From assembly GCA_038321865.1 (NCBI GenBank), contig JBBQFH010000006.1, positions 65,199 through 129,198 on the forward strand: 64,000 nt of DNA, written 5' to 3'. This DNA is from Gemmatimonadales bacterium. GTDB lineage: Bacteria > Gemmatimonadota > Gemmatimonadetes > Gemmatimonadales > GWC2-71-9. Shown here in pieces: positions 59,762 to 64,000 of this stretch (positions within the stretch are counted from its first letter, which is position 1; each line of letters opens with the position of its first letter). The notes beneath the pieces were generated by a model. The model made no database searches. It worked only from the letters and a program-made list of their open reading frames with translations, and had not been told where the DNA came from. The position numbers were made by a program, and so were the translations under genes.

Positions 59762-61729
59762 TCAGGGGAAGGGGCGCGGCTGGGGTCGCGGCCACGGCCA
59801 CGGGCCAGTTGCACCGCCGCCCGCGAGCGCCCGGATGGCGACATTCCGCACCGCGGTGTCCGGTGAGGCGACCAGTCGTTCGAGTTCGCTGACCGATCCG
59901 TCGCCCAGGCTGCCGAGCGCGCGGATGAGGCCGACCTGCACATCGCTGTCGGTTTCCCGGCGCACCGCGCTCGCCACCGCGGCCGACGTCTCCGTGTCCC
60001 TGATGGTGTACAGCGCCCAGGCCACCGATTCGCGCACGTCCCGGTCGCGATCGTTGAGCGCGGCGACGAGTGGCGCGGGTGCCCGATCCGGGCGGCAGGA
60101 GCCGATCGACCAGGCTGCCATGTCGCGGGTGACTGCGCTGCTGTCGCGCAGCGCCTCGACCAGCGGTCCGATCGCCTCGCCACAGCCCATCGATCCCAGC
60201 GCCCAGGCGGCGGTGGCACGCACCTCGGAGTCGTGATCCTGCCGTATCGCCTTCCCCAGTGCGTCGGCGGCGTCGGCGCTGCGCCGGGCGCTGGCCAGGG
60301 CCCACGCCGCCATCTCGCGAACCGATGCGTCCGCGTCACTCCCCACCGCGCCGACGAGGGCCAAGCGTCCGACATCCTCGCGGGCGTATCGCTGCAGTCC
60401 CCACGCCGCCACCCGGCGGACCGACGCGTTCGGGTCGCTGCGGAGCGTCCTGGCCAGGACCGCGGCGCGGTCATCGGCGGAAGTCGCCGGGATGGTGTCG
60501 CGCATGGCACCATCGCCTGTATGCGCTCGTTGGCCCGGAAGCACCGGCACATGGGGAACGGCTGGCGGAGCTGTTTCCAGCGACAGCCGCGTGTGTCCCG
60601 TGTCGGCCCGGTCCGGGGCGGCGGCGGGATTGGGCCGGGACGTGACCACCGGTGACTGCGGAGCCTCGCGAGGCACCGGAGCGGCGGCGCCGACCAGCAG
60701 CGACACCAAAGCGAGACTGCCGATGATCGACGCGCTCTGACTGCGGCTCGGGCCCCGGCGGCGAAGCTCGGGGTTCAGGATGGCGAGCATGCGGCCCTCG
60801 AATTCCTTGCGGTGCGCCATGGCCAGCGCCACCGACGGGGTATAGTGATCGCGAACGCACGTCACGATCTCGAGCAGGTGCTCGGCGTAATCGCTCGGAC
60901 GGGCGCCGAACACCAGCGCGAGATCGTCGCAGGCGCGCTCGCTCTCGGCCCGGAGCCGGCGCGCCGCGGTCCATACGAGCGGATGGAACCAGTAGAGCGC
61001 GCAGCTGATGCGGCCGACGGTGTGGCCAATGAGATCGCGCCGGCGCACATGCCCCAGCTCGTGAATCAGCACCGCGCTCCGGCGCTCGGCGCTCCACTCG
61101 TCACTCTCGGCGGGGAGGACGATGGTGGCCGAGAACACGCCGGCGGCGAACGGCATCTTCACGTCCTCACTGCGCACCAGGCGCGGCGCGTGGTCCAGCT
61201 CCAGGCGGTCGGCGATCTCGTACAGCGGCGTCTGCCAGGCGGCATCATCCAGCGGGCGCGCGCGCCGGACGATGCGGCGGACGGCATACGCTCCGTACGC
61301 GAGCCGCCCGGCCAGCACGAGCGCCATGACCGCCCAGCCGAGGACAAGCATGCTGCCGATCGAGAGTGCGCGGACGCCGGCGAATCCCGTCGGTTCGGAG
61401 CCAGTCACCGTCGAGGGGCTCGAAGCGGCGGAGCTCTCCTCCGGCCTTGTCGCGTCAGGGCCGGCGCCTGGCTGATGCAGCTCACGATTCAGCGGCGCGG
61501 CCGCCAGCGCCGGAAGCACGCGGATCGAAAGCGGGCTCCAGGCGGCGAGCGCCGGCATGACGAGCAGGGCAGCGAGCACCACCAGCCAGACGAGGTGTCG
61601 CGAGCCGGCCGACGCACGCGACATGGCCAGTGATGCCGCCAGCGCAGCGAGAAGCAGGCAGGTAACTTTGAGCAGCATCAGCAGAAGGGAGAGTGCCGCT
61701 GGCGGGGTGACGGGCAGCGTGAGCATCAT
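59762..61729 (-). CDS. M56 family (BlaR1/MecR1-like) membrane metallopeptidase with C-terminal HEAT-repeat sensor domain ending in PWPWPRPQPRPFP
   Basis: N-terminal TM helices are present. The zinc motif reads SAVLIHELGHVRRRDL...YWFHPLVW, the M56 signature. A further TM (IIGSLALVSLLVGAAA) is followed by HEAT repeats (VRRVAAWGL, VREMAAWAL, VRATAAWALGSMG, VRESVAWAL). ATGA overlap with the BlaI-like gene. Confidence 0.88.
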   Translation of the reverse strand: MMLTLPVTPPAALSLLLMLLKVTCLLLAALAASLAMSRASAGSRHLVWLVVLAALLVMPALAAWSPLSIRVLPALAAAPLNRELHQPGAGPDATRPEESSAASSPSTVTGSEPTGFAGVRALSIGSMLVLGWAVMALVLAGRLAYGAYAVRRIVRRARPLDDAAWQTPLYEIADRLELDHAPRLVRSEDVKMPFAAGVFSATIVLPAESDEWSAERRSAVLIHELGHVRRRDLIGHTVGRISCALYWFHPLVWTAARRLRAESERACDDLALVFGARPSDYAEHLLEIVTCVRDHYTPSVALAMAHRKEFEGRMLAILNPELRRRGPSRSQSASIIGSLALVSLLVGAAAPVPREAPQSPVVTSRPNPAAAPDRADTGHTRLSLETAPPAVPHVPVLPGQRAHTGDGAMRDTIPATSADDRAAVLARTLRSDPNASVRRVAAWGLQRYAREDVGRLALVGAVGSDADASVREMAAWALASARRSADAADALGKAIRQDHDSEVRATAAWALGSMGCGEAIGPLVEALRDSSAVTRDMAAWSIGSCRPDRAPAPLVAALNDRDRDVRESVAWALYTIRDTETSAAVASAVRRETDSDVQVGLIRALGSLGDGSVSELERLVASPDTAVRNVAIRALAGGGATGPWPWPRPQPRPFP

Positions 61730-62124
61730 GACCTCTCGTTCCGCCGGGCCCGGCGAATCCTGTCGCGCAGCCGCGCGATCTCGGCATCGTCCACGTCGGC
61801 ATCCGACAGCCGGAGGAGTGCCGTCACCGCCTGCTCGGCGGAGCCGCCGAAGTAGGTGTGGACCACGTGGGCGAGCACGTCGTCGCGCGCCTTGTCGGTC
61901 GGCCGGGCGGGCGAATAGACGTAGCGCGGGCCATCTTCCTTGTGCGCGATGAGCGCCTTCTCCCCCAGGATGCGCAGGATGGAGCGCACGGCGGAGTAGC
62001 TCGGTGGATCGGGCAATGCCTGCATGATCTCCGTCACGGTCGCCTCGCCTCGGCGGTGGAGAATCTCCATGACCTGCCGTTCGCGGCGGGACAGTTGTTC
62101 GGTCGAAGGGGGGCGCTGCGTCAT
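61726..62124 (-). CDS. BlaI/MecI/CopY family transcriptional repressor
   Basis: LSRRERQVMEILHRRGEATVTEIMQALPDPPSYSAVRSILRILGEKALI...YVYSP is the winged-helix BlaI family pattern. I start at ATG 62124. Confidence 0.88.
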   Translation of the reverse strand: MTQRPPSTEQLSRRERQVMEILHRRGEATVTEIMQALPDPPSYSAVRSILRILGEKALIAHKEDGPRYVYSPARPTDKARDDVLAHVVHTYFGGSAEQAVTALLRLSDADVDDAEIARLRDRIRRARRNERS

Positions 62125-62176
62125 GTGGCTCTCCTGGGGCGGATCCTGCGCGCCGCGGGTCGGCCCGGCGCTATGC

Positions 62177-62206
62177 TGATATTTCAACACATCTGCTGAA
62201 AAGTCA
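62177..62206 (-). promoter_or_regulatory. AT-rich 30-bp motif copy B (candidate operator/promoter) in the blaI-like / NTF2-like divergent region
   Basis: TGATATTTCAACACATCTGCTGAAAAGTCA. On the minus strand it reads TTGACT-17 nt-AAATAT, which is sigma70-like. It lies 53 nt upstream of the blaI-like ATG and 23 nt upstream of the GTG at 62229 on the other strand. Confidence 0.45.
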
Positions 62207-62228
62207 ACCCCCTGCGGAGGAACTCCTC

Positions 62229-62663
62229 GTGAAAGGTGCCGGCCTGCTGGTGTTCGTCGCGCTGCTGGCGGGAACCGCGCCGTCGGCGGCCCAGGTGCCT
62301 GCCCCCGTCGACAGTACCGCCGTACGCTTGGTGGTCGAGCGCTACCTGCACGGACTCAGGTTCAACGACGTCGCCAGCCTGAAGGAGGCGTTCTGGCCCG
62401 GCGCCAAACTGTTCTGGATCCGGCGTGACGGTCAGCTCGGCCAGCTGAGCCAGGACGATTGGTATCGCGGCTTTGCCGGAAGTGCGGGGAAGGAGGAGGC
62501 GGGCAGTCTGCGCGTGGCCGCGCTCGACGTCACCGGCGACGCGGCGTCGGTCAAGGTCGTGGAGGAGTATGCGCAGTCCACGTATACCGATTATCTGTCG
62601 CTGCTCAGGCTGGGTGGCCGCTGGTGGATCGTCCACAAGATCTATACCGTCGCCCGACGTTAG
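62229..62663 (+). CDS. Secreted NTF2-fold (SnoaL/lumazine-binding-like) protein
   Basis: Signal peptide MKGAGLLVFVALLAGTAPSAAQ. VVERYLHGLRFNDVASLKEAF...DYLSLLRLGGRWWIVHKIY is typical of the NTF2-like fold. The GTG start has GGAGG 9 nt upstream. Confidence 0.75.
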   Translation: MKGAGLLVFVALLAGTAPSAAQVPAPVDSTAVRLVVERYLHGLRFNDVASLKEAFWPGAKLFWIRRDGQLGQLSQDDWYRGFAGSAGKEEAGSLRVAALDVTGDAASVKVVEEYAQSTYTDYLSLLRLGGRWWIVHKIYTVARR

Positions 62664-62684
62664 CATCTCCAGGGGACCACGCCG

Positions 62685-63062
62685 ATGCTTATTGGCGCTC
62701 ACACGCTCATCTATTCGTCCGACCCGGCCAGGCTGCGGGCCTTCTTTCGCGAGACCCTCGGGCTCGCCTCGGTGGACGCCGGCCGCGGATGGCTCATCTT
62801 TGCGCTTCCGCCCGGCGAGCTGGCCGTGCATCCGACCGATGAAACGGATGGATCGGGCCCGCGCCACGAGCTCTACCTGATGTGTGACGATCTCACCGCG
62901 ACGATGACGGAACTCGCGGCCAGGGGCGTGACCTTCGCCCGACCGGTGGTCGAAGCCGGCTTCGGCCGCATGACCGCGATCAGCCTGCCCGATGGGGGCG
63001 AACTCGGATTGTACGAGCCGAGGCACCCGACGGCGCTGGGCCTGTCCGGAGAAGGGCGCTAG
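62685..63062 (+). CDS. VOC family (glyoxalase/bleomycin-resistance-like) protein
   Basis: 125 aa. LIYSSDPARLRAFFRETLGL...ELAVHP...MCDDLTATMTELAARGVTF...ISLPDGGELGLYEP is the typical VOC beta-alpha-beta-beta-beta pattern. Confidence 0.8.
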   Translation: MLIGAHTLIYSSDPARLRAFFRETLGLASVDAGRGWLIFALPPGELAVHPTDETDGSGPRHELYLMCDDLTATMTELAARGVTFARPVVEAGFGRMTAISLPDGGELGLYEPRHPTALGLSGEGR

Positions 63063-63072
63063 TGGGGAAGCC

Positions 63073-64000
63073 ATGACCACCTTCGCGCTCGTGCTGACCG
63101 TCCTGGTCGCCTCCACCTCGTCTCCGCAGCAGCATCCGCCGGCGGTCGCCGTGACCGGGCTGCGGACCGAGTATCTGGCGAACCCCGTCGGGACGGATGA
63201 GCGGCACCCGCGCCTGAGCTGGCGGCTGGTGAGCTCCGGTCGGAACGTCATGCAGTCCGCCTACCAGATCGCCGTCACCACCGACTCGGCCGGCTTCGAC
63301 GCAGCCCGGGAGCTGATCTGGAATTCGGGACGCACGGCGTCCGGCGAGTCGGTCTTCGTGCCGTACCGCGGGCCGGCGTTGCGTTCAGGTACGCGCTACT
63401 ACTGGCGCGTGCGCGTCTGGGACGCGGCGGGGCACGCCTCGCCGTGGAGCGAGCCGGCGTTCTGGGAGACCGGGCTGCTCGAGCGCCGCGACTGGACCGC
63501 GAGCTGGATCCGGCCGCCCGACGCCGACCACGATTCGGCCGGCGGCGTGGCGCCGATGCTCCGCCGGGCGTTCGCCCTCAGCGGGCCGGTGCGGTCCGCG
63601 CGGCTGTACGTGACCAGTCTCGGACTCTATGAGCTGGAGCTCAATGGCCGGCGAGTGGGCACGGACCGGTTCACGCCCGGATGGACCAGCTACGGCAAGC
63701 GGCTGCAATACCAGACGTACGACGTGACCCGGCTGCTGCAGCCCGGCGCCAATGCGGTCGGCGCCACGCTCGGTGACGGCTGGTACCGCGGCCACCTGGG
63801 TTTCGCCGATCGGCAGAACCTGTACGGGCGCCGGGTCGCGCTGCTGCTGCAGCTCGATGTGCGGTACGCGGACGGACACACCGACCGTGTCGTCAGCGAC
63901 GGCGCCTGGACGGCGTCAGCCGGGCCGATCATCATGTCCGATATCTACGGTGGCGAAACCTACGATGCCCGGCGCGAGCGCACCGGCTGGACCACCGCGA
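63073..64000 (+). CDS. Alpha-L-rhamnosidase (GH78) N-terminal part; gene runs off window end
   Basis: Translation from ATG 63073 reads GLRTEYLANPVGTDERHPRLSWRL...QSAYQIAVT...TRYYWRVRVWD...WSEPAFWETGLL...APMLRRAF...ARLYVTSLGLYELELNGRRVG...FTPGWTSY. These are typical GH78 N-terminal domains. It is absent from the ORF track because there is no stop inside the window. Confidence 0.88.
   Translation, partial: MTTFALVLTVLVASTSSPQQHPPAVAVTGLRTEYLANPVGTDERHPRLSWRLVSSGRNVMQSAYQIAVTTDSAGFDAARELIWNSGRTASGESVFVPYRGPALRSGTRYYWRVRVWDAAGHASPWSEPAFWETGLLERRDWTASWIRPPDADHDSAGGVAPMLRRAFALSGPVRSARLYVTSLGLYELELNGRRVGTDRFTPGWTSYGKRLQYQTYDVTRLLQPGANAVGATLGDGWYRGHLGFADRQNLYGRRVALLLQLDVRYADGHTDRVVSDGAWTASAGPIIMSDIYGGETYDARRERTGWTTA

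Overview
This is a very GC-rich bacterial chromosomal segment. There is no integrase, transposase, phage gene or CRISPR array. The gene content suggests a Gemmatimonadota- or Acidobacteriota-like organism: many secreted M16/M55/S41/M56 peptidases, a type III glutamine synthetase, LVIVD and DUF5916 proteins, and tandem Ser/Thr kinases sharing the N-terminus GGMATVYLA-DLRHDR. That placement is inference only. I support about 55 CDS, most with 1-4 nt start/stop overlaps, plus one tRNA-Phe. Gene order: (-) mutS fragment, SPOR protein, holA, ECF sigma, NUDIX, four M16 peptidases, DUF218, beta-CASP MBL nuclease, upp, DUF2911; tRNA-Phe; (-) HEXXH protein and CBM9/DUF5916 protein; (+) MFS, Rieske-FAD reductase, folE, glnN (GSIII), S41 protease, ku and split ligD (NHEJ), TPR, STK, Big2-LVIVD, sdhCAB-like, three tandem STK paralogs (the middle one has an in-frame TAG); (-) ahcY with a SahR-like ArsR-methyltransferase; (+) ALDH, two M55 peptidases, rraA, rhomboid, membrane proteins, two GNATs; (-) ankyrin, DUF5916, HEAT, M56(BlaR1-like)-HEAT, BlaI-like repressor; (+) NTF2-like, VOC, and the start of a GH78 rhamnosidase. 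The most interesting locus is the BlaI/BlaR1-type cluster (55240..62124). Its sensor is a periplasmic HEAT domain that is duplicated as a separate secreted protein. Both copies end in the same PWPWPxPxPRPFP tail. A shared 30-bp AT-rich motif sits upstream of two of its genes. Other notable items are a 120-bp near-perfect palindrome directly after the interrupted kinase, a decayed fourth kinase/TPR paralog, an internally deleted GNAT, and two tandem active/inactive M16 pairs. All calls rest on reading the translations and sequence by eye. No searches or folding were run. Start codons are chosen from paralog alignment, signal peptides and SD-like motifs, and may be off by a few codons.
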